From positions 224,001-288,000 of the forward strand of contig OY762721.1 of NCBI GenBank assembly GCA_963666345.1: a stretch of 64,000 bases of DNA, written 5' to 3'. The translations under genes were made by a program, and so were the position numbers. The DNA is from Desulfatiglandales bacterium. GTDB taxonomy: Bacteria > Desulfobacterota > DSM-4660 > Desulfatiglandales > Desulfatiglandaceae. Numbering within the stretch: position 1 is the first letter of the stretch; every line of letters begins with the position of its first letter. Positions 1 to 9,211 of the stretch are shown piece after piece. The notes beneath the pieces are model-generated. The model was not told the DNA's origin. It was given only the letters and a program-made list of their open reading frames with translations, and did no database searches.

Positions 1-597
1 AAGGCAGGTGAGGCTCCCCCCGTACACCGCTCCGGTGTCGATCCCGATCTTATTTTTTTCTATAAGGGGTTTTTCAAAGGGGGTATGGCCGAAAATGACC
101 TGTTTTCCAAAATCATGATCCGAGTAAATGAAGGGATCCCTTATCCACAACATATCCTGCGGGTCCTGTTCCTTGAGCCGCCTTCCCGGCCTGAAACCGG
201 CGTGAACCACGATATGCCGTTCCAGTTCGATATACATCTTCAGGGATCCATAAAAATTGAGGTGGTCTTCAGGGACAGAAAAGCCTTTATCCCGGCTGTA
301 GCTTCTTATCGTGCGCAGCCCGCCGTTCATAAAATAGAGGTCCCTGTCTCTTCCCGACATATACTCCAGAAACATCGATTCATGGTTCCCCATGAGGCAC
401 TCTATGTTGGGTGAATCCCTTATGAGATCCAGTATGAAATTGACCACCTCCTTTGAATTTTCTCCCCTGTCGATATAATCACCTACAAATATCAGGCTGT
501 CCATTGCCGGGTCCCAGTCGATCTTTTCCATCAGCCGCATCAATGGATCAAGGCACCCATGGATATCTCCAACAACGAATGTCCTGTTTTCTTTCAT
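1..597 (-). CDS. Calcineurin-like metallophosphoesterase (PPP-family Ser/Thr phosphatase), runs off the window start
   Basis: Not in the ORF track; translated by hand from ATG 597: MKENRTFVVGDIHG...GDYIDRG...GNHE...IGIDTGAVYGG. ATGA overlap with the upstream gene stop. Confidence 0.9.
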   Translation of the reverse strand, partial: MKENRTFVVGDIHGCLDPLMRLMEKIDWDPAMDSLIFVGDYIDRGENSKEVVNFILDLIRDSPNIECLMGNHESMFLEYMSGRDRDLYFMNGGLRTIRSYSRDKGFSVPEDHLNFYGSLKMYIELERHIVVHAGFRPGRRLKEQDPQDMLWIRDPFIYSDHDFGKQVIFGHTPFEKPLIEKNKIGIDTGAVYGGSLTCL

Positions 598-1529
598 CGG
601 AACCTGAAGATGATTCGCTTTCTTTCCCTTGTATCCAGCCTCTTGAGACCTGCCTCTCCGGCGGCGGCCACCGCCTCCCTGAACTCATACGACCTGAGCC
701 GCCTGTCTATGTATTCATCCTCCCCCGCCCTGCCGCATGGTCTGTACTGATCCATGACATTGAGGTAGGTGCCGACAGAGATCTCTTCCGCGATAAAATC
801 CGTTACATACCTTGATCCTGAGATCCCGTTGGGCATGACTAGGTGCCTCACAATAAGTCCCGTTTCGGCTAACCCCGCTTCATCCACCTTAAGATCCCCC
901 ACCTGACGGTGCATCTCTTTCACCGCATCGATTGCATACCGCCTGTATCGGGGAGCATCACAGTACCTGAGTGCCCATTTGTCGTCCCAGAATTTAAAAT
1001 CAGGCATGTAGATATCAAAGATATTTTCCAGCAGCCTCAGCGTTTCAACCCGTTCATAGCCTCCGCAGTTATAGACCAGGGGCAGTTTGAAGCCGTTATC
1101 AACAGCCGGCAAAAGGGATTCCAGGATCTGGGGTACTACATGGGTGGGGGTGACAAAATTGATATTGTGACAACCCATCTCCTGAAGCCTCATCATCATA
1201 TGTGCCATCTGTTCAGGCCCCACTTCAATCCCTTCGGACAGATGACTTATCTCATAATTCTGACAAAACATGCACATGAGATTGCAGGAAGCGATGAAAA
1301 TGGTTCCCGATCCTAATCTTCCCACCAAGGGAGCCTCTTCGCCGAAGTGCGCGTCAAAGCTTGCCACGCGAGCCCTTCTTCCTGTCCGGCAGAAACCCGT
1401 TTCATTTTTCAGTCTGTTCACACCACACCTTCTGGGGCAAAGATGACACGATTTCATCATATCGGTTGCCACCGAGATACGGCGGGACAACTCCCCGCTT
1501 TCCGCCAGTTTCAGGTATGAGGGTTTCAT
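594..1529 (-). CDS. Radical SAM protein, PflX-like
   Basis: CHLCPRRC N-terminal motif plus CNLMCMFCQN radical SAM motif, YMPDFK, RHLVMP. Likely ATG at 1529 (ORF track starts at TTG 1550). Confidence 0.85.
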   Translation of the reverse strand: MKPSYLKLAESGELSRRISVATDMMKSCHLCPRRCGVNRLKNETGFCRTGRRARVASFDAHFGEEAPLVGRLGSGTIFIASCNLMCMFCQNYEISHLSEGIEVGPEQMAHMMMRLQEMGCHNINFVTPTHVVPQILESLLPAVDNGFKLPLVYNCGGYERVETLRLLENIFDIYMPDFKFWDDKWALRYCDAPRYRRYAIDAVKEMHRQVGDLKVDEAGLAETGLIVRHLVMPNGISGSRYVTDFIAEEISVGTYLNVMDQYRPCGRAGEDEYIDRRLRSYEFREAVAAAGEAGLKRLDTRERKRIIFRFR

Positions 1530-1621
1530 GTCGTTTGGATCTTGAAACAAAAAACCCCCTAAAAGAATATATCCTTGCAGGGGGTTCGCTTTGATATCGC
1601 TCGTTGACGGCTTTTTCCTGT

Positions 1622-2326
1622 TTAGTCTCTGGAAGTTCCGAAAATCCTCAGCAGCATCAGGAAAAGGTTTATAAAATCGAGATAAAGTGAAAGAGCCCCC
1701 AGGATCGCCCCTTTTCTCATCACCCCCGCCTCGAGATCCCCAGGCCGGCTCATTGCCATGTTTTTTATCTTCTGGGTGTCATAGGCGGTCAGACCCACGA
1801 AAACGATAACCCCGATATAGCTTATTATCATATGCATGGCACTGCTTCTTATGAACACGTTGACAAGCGAGGCTATTATTATGCCTATGAGCCCCATCAT
1901 TACAAAACCGCCCAGAGAGGTGAGGTCTTTTTTGGTGGTCCATCCGTATATGCTGCATCCCACGAATGTCCCTGCGCATATGAAGAAAACGCTGGCAATG
2001 GACGCCCCGGTATACGCCAGGAATATAAAAGACAGCGTCACTCCGTTAAGTGCCGAATAGAGGATAAAAAGGGACGTTGCCGTACCGGCGCTTATCCTGT
2101 TTATCATCCCACTTATTGAGAATACAAGCCCCAGTTCGGCAAAGATTAATATAAAGAAAATAAAACGGTTCCCATATATAAGGTTGAGCATAGTCTGACT
2201 GCCGGCCACATAAAATGCGATAAATCCCGTCAGTGCAAGACCTATTGCCATCCAGTTATACACGCTTCTTACAAAATCGTTTACAAGGGCATCTGTCCCA
2301 GCTCTTGTTATTGAACCTTCAACCAT
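1622..2326 (-). CDS. Bax inhibitor-1/YccA family membrane protein
   Basis: About 7 hydrophobic segments; TAYDTQKIK and GALSLYLDFINLF signatures. Confidence 0.92.
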   Translation of the reverse strand: MVEGSITRAGTDALVNDFVRSVYNWMAIGLALTGFIAFYVAGSQTMLNLIYGNRFIFFILIFAELGLVFSISGMINRISAGTATSLFILYSALNGVTLSFIFLAYTGASIASVFFICAGTFVGCSIYGWTTKKDLTSLGGFVMMGLIGIIIASLVNVFIRSSAMHMIISYIGVIVFVGLTAYDTQKIKNMAMSRPGDLEAGVMRKGAILGALSLYLDFINLFLMLLRIFGTSRD

Positions 2327-2479
2327 CGGTTTGCCTCCTGAAATATTGTTTTCTACGGTAAAAGAATAATGTATCGTAACAGTTGATGCATCCGTAAAAG
2401 GCCAAAGACGACACGGTAAAGAGTTCTCCCGCCCTAGGTGCGTGGCAGTCGGTCTTTTTACATAGCCGTCAACCTTTAA

Positions 2480-2507
2480 ATTATAATCCCTATCATAAAA
2501 ACTTCAA
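2480..2507 (-). promoter_or_regulatory. Sigma70-type promoter for the YccA gene
   Basis: Minus strand TTGAAG-N16-TATAAT. Confidence 0.6.
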
Positions 2508-2817
2508 GATCAATCAACCGGCAGATCAGGCCAAAAAAACAAACCTGCCCGTCACATAACGCTTGCTGTTAAATTAAAAGCGAAGGTGCCGGAGCTCTTT
2601 TCTTTGCTTCGCTATACTCAGTCCCCGTTAACCACTATAGAGCAGGCGCCGGCACTCTCTATCCGGCCTTATCTATTTTCTACGGAGAAAATGTGAATGG
2701 AGAAAGACCTCCATACTTTTTTTGACTCATGAACGGGGGAAGCCCTGGCCGTAAGACTCGGAACAGAAAAAAATGATCCATGCCGTGGTATTGAAAAGGG
2801 ATTCTGTAGCGCCTGTG

Positions 2818-4065
2818 CTATTTATCTATCTTTTCAAGCCGTTCAACCCTTTCAAGAAGCGGGGGATGGGAATAGTTGAACAGGACATACAGGGGGTGTG
2901 GCCTGATATCTGCAAGATTATCCTTTGCCATTTTTTTAAGGGCGGAAGAAAGCATTTCAGGCCCGCCTGCCGCCCGCGCTCCATAATAATCGGCCTCTCT
3001 TTCAAATCTCCTGGACAGGGCCATACTGATCGGCGACAAGAAAAAACCGACAGGCCCCCAGATCACCCCTACCAGAAATAAACCCACGTATGCCGATGTT
3101 TCCGAAAAACCGAAGGCCTCATACATCCCCTCCCATTCAATCATCAATGAGGCGGCATAGAAAAGGACAAGCGTACTGAAAGAGCTGATAAGAAGCTGTT
3201 TCAAGATATGTCTTTTCTTTAAATGACCGATCTCATGGGCAAGTACGGCAGCTATTTCGCCCACGCTGTGAGAGCTTATCAGGGAATCAAAAAGCACTAT
3301 CCTCTTTGCCTTTCCAAGACCTGAAAGATATGCGTTGGTGTGCCTGCTCCGTTTGGAGGCATCCATTTGAAAAATCCCCTTGAGACCTATCCCCTGTCTT
3401 GCGGCCAGATCTTCCACCTCCTTTCTCAGATTTTCATCTTCAACAGGAGTGAATTTATTGAAAATAGGTGCAATAACAGTAGGATACAGTACCGTAACAA
3501 GGAGCTGGAATAAAATAAACAGGACCCATGCCCATATCCACCAGTTTTTCCCCGAATATTCAAGAATAACCAGCACCAGACAGAGAAGTCCTCCTCCCAG
3601 AACCGCGACAATCAGCACCCCCTTGATCTGATCCATTACCCAGGTCAGGCGGGTGGCCGTATTAAAACCGTGCCTGTCCTCTAAGACAAAACGATTATAG
3701 TAATCAAAAGGCATGCCGGCACAGACCATGATCACGGATGGAAACGCGAAAAAAAGGACCCCTGAAAGGATGTACGGAAGCCCTTTTGTCAACCCCCGGA
3801 ACCAGGGAAGCAACTCTGTAAGAATGATCAGGAGGAACAGTGTCTTTGACACGGCAGAGTGAAACATGTTGAAACGGCTCCGATCCCTGCTGTAACTGGA
3901 TATCTTGTTTAGCTCCGCCCTGTCTATATAACCCCTGAACTGCTCCGGGGGTTGCTCACTGAATTTTGCGCAATATCCGGAATTAATAAACTCTATAAAT
4001 AGTTCTCCGAGCCCGCTTACCGCAAACAGGAAAAGATACGCTATCAAAACGGGATTTGCATTCAT
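2818..4065 (-). CDS. M48 family zinc metalloprotease (Ste24-like)
   Basis: HEIGH zinc motif, NAYLSG, EREAD, YSHPP; multiple TM helices. Confidence 0.92.
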   Translation of the reverse strand: MNANPVLIAYLFLFAVSGLGELFIEFINSGYCAKFSEQPPEQFRGYIDRAELNKISSYSRDRSRFNMFHSAVSKTLFLLIILTELLPWFRGLTKGLPYILSGVLFFAFPSVIMVCAGMPFDYYNRFVLEDRHGFNTATRLTWVMDQIKGVLIVAVLGGGLLCLVLVILEYSGKNWWIWAWVLFILFQLLVTVLYPTVIAPIFNKFTPVEDENLRKEVEDLAARQGIGLKGIFQMDASKRSRHTNAYLSGLGKAKRIVLFDSLISSHSVGEIAAVLAHEIGHLKKRHILKQLLISSFSTLVLFYAASLMIEWEGMYEAFGFSETSAYVGLFLVGVIWGPVGFFLSPISMALSRRFEREADYYGARAAGGPEMLSSALKKMAKDNLADIRPHPLYVLFNYSHPPLLERVERLEKIDK

Positions 4066-4125
4066 ATGGGTATTGACATAAGCTTTTCATGAAGATTTAC
4101 TGTTTATCGCCCCGCAACCGCCATT

Positions 4126-4154
4126 TTGTCTGAGACTCGAAAGATTAGTATGAT
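4126..4154 (+). promoter_or_regulatory. Sigma70-type promoter for the PFK-2/FBPase-2 gene
   Basis: TTGTCT-N17-TATGAT. Confidence 0.45.
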
Positions 4155-4292
4155 ACGGCAAAGTGATCAAGAAGTCACGTGAGGTTCATAGATCACCTCG
4201 GCAACCAGGGCGGGGCAAAATCATGGGGTTGATCGACTCCAGGGATTGAAACATCGACCCCTTTTACCCACTCATATCGGAGAAGCGGTATA

Positions 4293-5510
4293 ATGGACAG
4301 CGAAAGGCTTTTTATAGTAATGATGGGACTGCCTGCCAGAGGCAAATCTACCCTTGCAAACAAACTGAAGGAAAATCTTGTCCGGGATTCGATAAAGACC
4401 AGGATCTTCAATAACGGTGACCTGCGCAGGAGACTCATCAAGCGGGATACGTCCTATCCGGAATTCTATGACCCGGACAACTATGAGGCGGCGACATTCA
4501 GGGAGAAGATAGCCCTCATAAACATAAACCGCGCAAAAAAATTCCTGGAGCATCGCGGCGATGTGGCGATACTGGATGCGACCCATGTAAGCAGAAAGAG
4601 GAGACAAAGGGTCACCGGCCTGTTGAAAGATCACCCGATCCTGTTTATCGAGTGCGTCAACATGGACCCTATGATCCTTGAAGCCAGCATAGAAAGGAAG
4701 ACCACCCTGCCTGAATTCACTCACCTGTCAAAGGCAGAGGCAAGAAAGAGTTTCAAGGAAAGGATAAGGTACTATGAGCGCATATACAGCCCCTTGGGGA
4801 AGGAAACAAACTATGTCCGGCTTGATACCCTCAACAACCGGATAGAGGAGGAGGAGATAAAAGGCTCAATCCCCTTTTACGACCGCTTGAGGGATTTTCT
4901 TGTCACGGACAGTGTAAAGAACCTGTTTCTTATAAGGCATGGGGAGACATATTTTAATCTTGAAAACAGGATAGGCGGAGACTCCAGCCTTACGGAAACC
5001 GGGGTTGCTCAGGCCAGAGCCCTTTCCAGGGCTTTCAGCAGCCGGAAGATCCCCTTTATTTTTACAAGTGAAAAAAAGCGAACCATTCAAACCGCCGAAC
5101 CTATAAAGGCGCTTCAGAGTAAGTGCTCAATCATCGGCCTAAAGGAATTCAACGAGATAGACAGCGGGGTCTGCGAATGCATGAGTTATGAGGAAATCAA
5201 CCTGAAGATGCCGGAGATCTATCATGCCAGAAAAGTGGACAAATACAATTACATATATCCGCAAGGCGAAGGATATATTTCCATGAAAAAGAGGGTCTAC
5301 CTCGGAATAAAGAAGGCCCTTTATCTCAGCGGCAACGCCAGCAATATCATGATAATAGGGCACAGGGCGGTAAACCGCATGATCCTTTCACACTTCCTAT
5401 ACAAAAGGCAGGAAGACGTGCCCTACATATACGTGCCCCAGGACAAGTTTTATCATGTAGTGGCCACGCAGGACAAAAAGCTTTTCCAGCTCAAGGCCTA
5501 CGATATCTGA
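4293..5510 (+). CDS. Bifunctional 6-phosphofructo-2-kinase/fructose-2,6-bisphosphatase-like protein
   Basis: N-terminal GLPARGKS P-loop, FNNGDLRR, ILDAT; C-terminal histidine phosphatase RHGE, RIGGDS, NEIDSG, DKYNYIYPQGE, GHRAV. Confidence 0.88.
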   Translation: MDSERLFIVMMGLPARGKSTLANKLKENLVRDSIKTRIFNNGDLRRRLIKRDTSYPEFYDPDNYEAATFREKIALININRAKKFLEHRGDVAILDATHVSRKRRQRVTGLLKDHPILFIECVNMDPMILEASIERKTTLPEFTHLSKAEARKSFKERIRYYERIYSPLGKETNYVRLDTLNNRIEEEEIKGSIPFYDRLRDFLVTDSVKNLFLIRHGETYFNLENRIGGDSSLTETGVAQARALSRAFSSRKIPFIFTSEKKRTIQTAEPIKALQSKCSIIGLKEFNEIDSGVCECMSYEEINLKMPEIYHARKVDKYNYIYPQGEGYISMKKRVYLGIKKALYLSGNASNIMIIGHRAVNRMILSHFLYKRQEDVPYIYVPQDKFYHVVATQDKKLFQLKAYDI

Positions 5511-5714
5511 ACAGCCCCCTGACCGGGAACCGCAACTAATCGAACAGCCCCTTTACCATGTACAATTTTCCTTCCCGATGGTTCAGGTACATTACAATGC
5601 TCCTGAGCGGTTCAGGCTTGATCCCCGTCTCTTCCATTATTGTTTGAGCGTCTTTTTCAAGACGTATAAGCTGTTTTACCTTGTTTATATTCCAGTTCAA
5701 AAATCCACCCCTTT

Positions 5715-7268
5715 TTATTTCCTGCTTTCTTTAAAAAAGCGTTTCACATTATCGTTTAATACCTTTCCCATGCTGTTTCTGGGAAGCTCGTCAACAAATA
5801 TTACCTGTTTGGGGCACTTCCACGGCTGAAGATCTTTCCTGCAAAAATCCATGATCTCCTCCGGCGCGGCCTCCCCGCCCTGTTCCAGGACTACTGCCGC
5901 ACATACCATTTCACCCCACAGTTCATCCTCGATGCCTACTACCGCTGAATCGGCCACACCCTCAAATCGGGCGATTACGGACTCAACCTCCTTGGGTGAA
6001 ACATTCTCGCCGCCTGATATGATAATGTTCTTTATTCGGTCTGTAAGATAATAATAACCATCCTTATCCGCCTTTGCCATATCACCCGTTCTGAACCACC
6101 CATCCCTGAAGGCACTCTCGTTTTCCTCGGGCCGGTTCCAGTACCCCGGGCTTATCCCTTCTCCCTTGAGCCATATTTCACCGGTCTGTCCATGCTCCAT
6201 ATCCACCAAGGTCTCGGGATTCACCAATCTTACCTCAACTCCGGACATGGGCAACCCTATGGATCCGGCCTTTTTGATGCCTCTGACCGGATTGGAAAAA
6301 TTCATGCCCGTCTCAGACATGCCTTCACGTTCGACAGGTTCCTTCCCGAAAGTCGTCTTTATAAGCTCAAAGAGCCTCAGTGAAAGAGGGGCGGACCCTG
6401 ATGCGATAAGCCTTAAATTCTCGTAGTTCCCTCCGTTATCCTCTGCGTATCCAACCAGCCTTTCATACATGGAGGGTACACCCATGCAAAACGTGCAGGC
6501 AGTTCCTCCGTAGCCCTCGGACAGGACTTTTGAAACGACCTCACGGGAAAACCTGTCAAGCATGATTACCCCGGCGCCTGCGAGAAGCGGTGTATGAAGG
6601 GCGAAGCAAAGCCCATGCACATGAAATATGGGCAGCGCGTGGCAGATAGTGTCCGATTCGCCGATTTCCCACGCGGACATGACCTTTTGTGCATCGTGAA
6701 GCAGGTTTTTATGTGTAAGCATCGCCCCTTTCGGCCTTCCCGTAGTGCCGGAGGTATAGATTATAAGCGCCGTCTGCTCAGGTAGAAGCTCAATATTGGT
6801 CAGTTCCGGTCCGCAGGCACACCCGAAAGAGGCCCATATCTCTTTTTCACGGCCCTTTTCAAAAATAAGCCTGTTTACACAGCCGCCTATCCTGTCGATC
6901 ACACGGCCGGCCGAGTCCCCGCATATTACCAGACAGGGGCTGCAGTCAGGCACCAGGAATGACAATTCATGCTCAGTCAAAAGGGGATTAAGAGGAACGG
7001 ATACGGCCCCGATCGCCTGGGCCGCCAGATGCGCAAACAAGAAAAAAGGCTCCTTTTCCATCAGAAGCATTACCCGGTCCCCTTTTCTTACGCCGAGCCC
7101 ATCCAGTATCCCCGCCATGCGCCTGGTATGATCATACATATCCTGATATGAATATTCCGATTCCTTTTGCCCGTCTCTCAAAAACACCATCGCGGTTTCC
7201 CCGCCCTTTGTTCTGAACGTCTCAAAGAGCGCCCTCACGAGGGTATCTGCTTTTAATATGTCTTTCAT
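5715..7268 (-). CDS. AMP-forming acyl-CoA synthetase (malonyl-CoA synthetase/MatB-like)
   Basis: YTSGTTGRPKG, LPIFHVHGL, EREGMSETG, WFRTGD, LPRNSMGK. Confidence 0.88.
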   Translation of the reverse strand: MKDILKADTLVRALFETFRTKGGETAMVFLRDGQKESEYSYQDMYDHTRRMAGILDGLGVRKGDRVMLLMEKEPFFLFAHLAAQAIGAVSVPLNPLLTEHELSFLVPDCSPCLVICGDSAGRVIDRIGGCVNRLIFEKGREKEIWASFGCACGPELTNIELLPEQTALIIYTSGTTGRPKGAMLTHKNLLHDAQKVMSAWEIGESDTICHALPIFHVHGLCFALHTPLLAGAGVIMLDRFSREVVSKVLSEGYGGTACTFCMGVPSMYERLVGYAEDNGGNYENLRLIASGSAPLSLRLFELIKTTFGKEPVEREGMSETGMNFSNPVRGIKKAGSIGLPMSGVEVRLVNPETLVDMEHGQTGEIWLKGEGISPGYWNRPEENESAFRDGWFRTGDMAKADKDGYYYLTDRIKNIIISGGENVSPKEVESVIARFEGVADSAVVGIEDELWGEMVCAAVVLEQGGEAAPEEIMDFCRKDLQPWKCPKQVIFVDELPRNSMGKVLNDNVKRFFKESRK

Positions 7269-7359
7269 ATCTTCCCTAGTTCACGTTAGGCGTTCCAACG
7301 CCCGGCATAACAAACTGGCCCTTTCGGAGCAAACCGACGGTCCTTTTCGCCTGGATTCT

Positions 7360-8256
7360 TTAATGCCCTCCCCTGTTTTCAAGCATCTCTTTTATAATGC
7401 CCCTGTCCCTGTGCCTTTCAAGTCCAAGCTCGCTTAAACCGGCTCCCAGACAAAGTCCCACAAGCTGGGTAAAAAAGAGCGCGGACGGCAGACGGGACTC
7501 CTTTTTCCGGTATTTCTTATCCACCACAAAGGGGTACAGGTAATATACGACCTGACAGTTGGGGCAGGCGTTTATTATGAAATCGGCACCGCTTTCTTTA
7601 AGGGCTGCGTATCTTAAGGCCACAAGCCTCCTGCCGACCTCCTCGTCAAAGGCCAGCATGGTTCCCCCACAGCAGCGTCTTTCATAGGCGAAATCGCATA
7701 TTGAAGCGCCGGTTATATCGATCAACCCCCTCAGCTTCCTATTGAAGGAATCACAGTCCATGCCGGGATGAAGGCTGAGAGGTCTCGAAGCATTACAAGG
7801 CTCCTGGATCGCGACCCTGACATCGATATCATCCCTTTTCAGTTCCCCTATTTTTTCAAAAAGCCCCTTTTGAGTGAGAAATTCCACTATGTGCATTACA
7901 TTGAAATTCTCATCCGGTTTGTATTCAAGCCCCTCTTTTCCCAGGACCTCGTTTATCTCCGAGAGCCGTTCACCTTCTTCCATCTCCTTTTTGGCCCTCA
8001 AAAGCTCGAAGGTACAGCTTCCGCACAGGGCCACCAGGGTGTTTACGCCATGTGATTGCGCAATAGCAAGATTTCTGGCACTGAGTGCCGTCAGGGCCTT
8101 CTCATCCACGGACTCGAGCACCTGGGAGCCGCAGCAGGTGAATTCAGGTATGAACATGCCTTTAAGGCCCAGTTTTTCGAGGATAACGTAGGCCGATTTT
8201 TCATATTCAGGGTATCTGTAGGTTACAAGGCATCCCGGGAATATAGCCAGAGTCAT
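7360..8256 (-). CDS. hdrB: Heterodisulfide reductase subunit B-like protein (two CCG domains)
   Basis: PGC...TCCG...CGSC and PC...RCCGG...ACPNC motifs. Confidence 0.8.
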   Translation of the reverse strand: MTLAIFPGCLVTYRYPEYEKSAYVILEKLGLKGMFIPEFTCCGSQVLESVDEKALTALSARNLAIAQSHGVNTLVALCGSCTFELLRAKKEMEEGERLSEINEVLGKEGLEYKPDENFNVMHIVEFLTQKGLFEKIGELKRDDIDVRVAIQEPCNASRPLSLHPGMDCDSFNRKLRGLIDITGASICDFAYERRCCGGTMLAFDEEVGRRLVALRYAALKESGADFIINACPNCQVVYYLYPFVVDKKYRKKESRLPSALFFTQLVGLCLGAGLSELGLERHRDRGIIKEMLENRGGH

Positions 8257-8266
8257 AATTCACCAT

Positions 8267-8677
8267 CTATGTCCTATATCTGCGAATATTTTCAAAAAAG
8301 GAACTCATGCCGCAGCTGATTTTTTTCAGATCCAGTTCAGGCAGACCGAGCGCATTCCTCTCCTGATTGGTATCATCGTCCACAGGGAAGAGAAAGCCTC
8401 TTTCTTTCAAAAGCCTGATATACTTGAGCAGCCTTTCCCCACCCTTGAATCCGTTAGCAATTTTCAACCTTCTGATCGCGAACATCTTATCGCGGGGGCT
8501 CAAGGCCTCGGGGCAGTTATCCGTGCACAGATGACAGGAACAGCAGAGCCATGGATTTATCTCCTTTTCAAAGAAGAGATCACTCAGGACCCTGTCCGGC
8601 TCGATCTCTTCTATGGGACAAATCCTGCTGCAGGTACCGCACTGCTGACATGTGACATCGTTCATCTCCATATCCAT
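8267..8677 (-). CDS. hdrC: Heterodisulfide reductase subunit C-like 2x[4Fe-4S] protein
   Basis: CQQCGTCSRICP and WLCCSCHLCTDNCP; lies immediately upstream of the hdrB-like gene. Confidence 0.75.
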   Translation of the reverse strand: MDMEMNDVTCQQCGTCSRICPIEEIEPDRVLSDLFFEKEINPWLCCSCHLCTDNCPEALSPRDKMFAIRRLKIANGFKGGERLLKYIRLLKERGFLFPVDDDTNQERNALGLPELDLKKISCGMSSFFENIRRYRT

Positions 8678-8741
8678 CCTTTCCGATACGTTGGGGAATA
8701 TAAAGGCTGGGCAAAGTTAAGGCAAGAAATATCGAAAAAAA

Positions 8742-9041
8742 TCATCCGCCCCTGACCCTGAAACGCGGCCTTTGAATGTGGGTGCCCCTGCACTTCGGGC
8801 ACCGCCCCGGTTCCGTAAAACGGGTTCTTTTTGCAAAGATAAAACCGCACCCGATACACCTTGAAGGAATTATCTCAACCTTTGCGCCCGATGCCGTCAG
8901 AGAACGGTTTACCTTCGGCAGATGATCGTAGACCTCTTTCTCCCCGATTCCTATCCGCCGGGACAGGTCCATGGCGCTCATTTCCTCATCCTGCAAAAGA
9001 CGCATGATCTGTTTTCTTATGCTCTCCGCCCGATCGCTCAT
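8742..9041 (-). CDS. HTH plus zinc-ribbon putative transcriptional regulator
   Basis: N-terminal HTH (MSAMDLSRRIGIGEKEVYDHL), then CIGCGF...RCPKC. Likely ATG at 9041. Confidence 0.75.
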   Translation of the reverse strand: MSDRAESIRKQIMRLLQDEEMSAMDLSRRIGIGEKEVYDHLPKVNRSLTASGAKVEIIPSRCIGCGFIFAKRTRFTEPGRCPKCRGTHIQRPRFRVRGG

Positions 9042-9211
9042 GACGGATGATTCTTTCACACATCTTGAGCAGGTTCAAGAGGGACTGATTTTTTTCTTGT
9101 ACAAACAAGCTTTGAGCTGATAGTTAATTTTGGTTATCCAAATTCTGCAGCTTTTTAATGATGGAAAACCGGAGTGGATTCATTAAGTTTTGTCGGATGG
9201 AGGAATACCGG

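Noticed and set aside
85..815. Plus-strand ORFs 85-414, 453-815 and 559-750
   Set aside because: Opposite the phosphatase and radical SAM genes, which explain the region.
5509..5552. Direct repeat GAACAGCCCC twice
   Set aside because: Only two short copies; not CRISPR-like, and no cas genes in the window.
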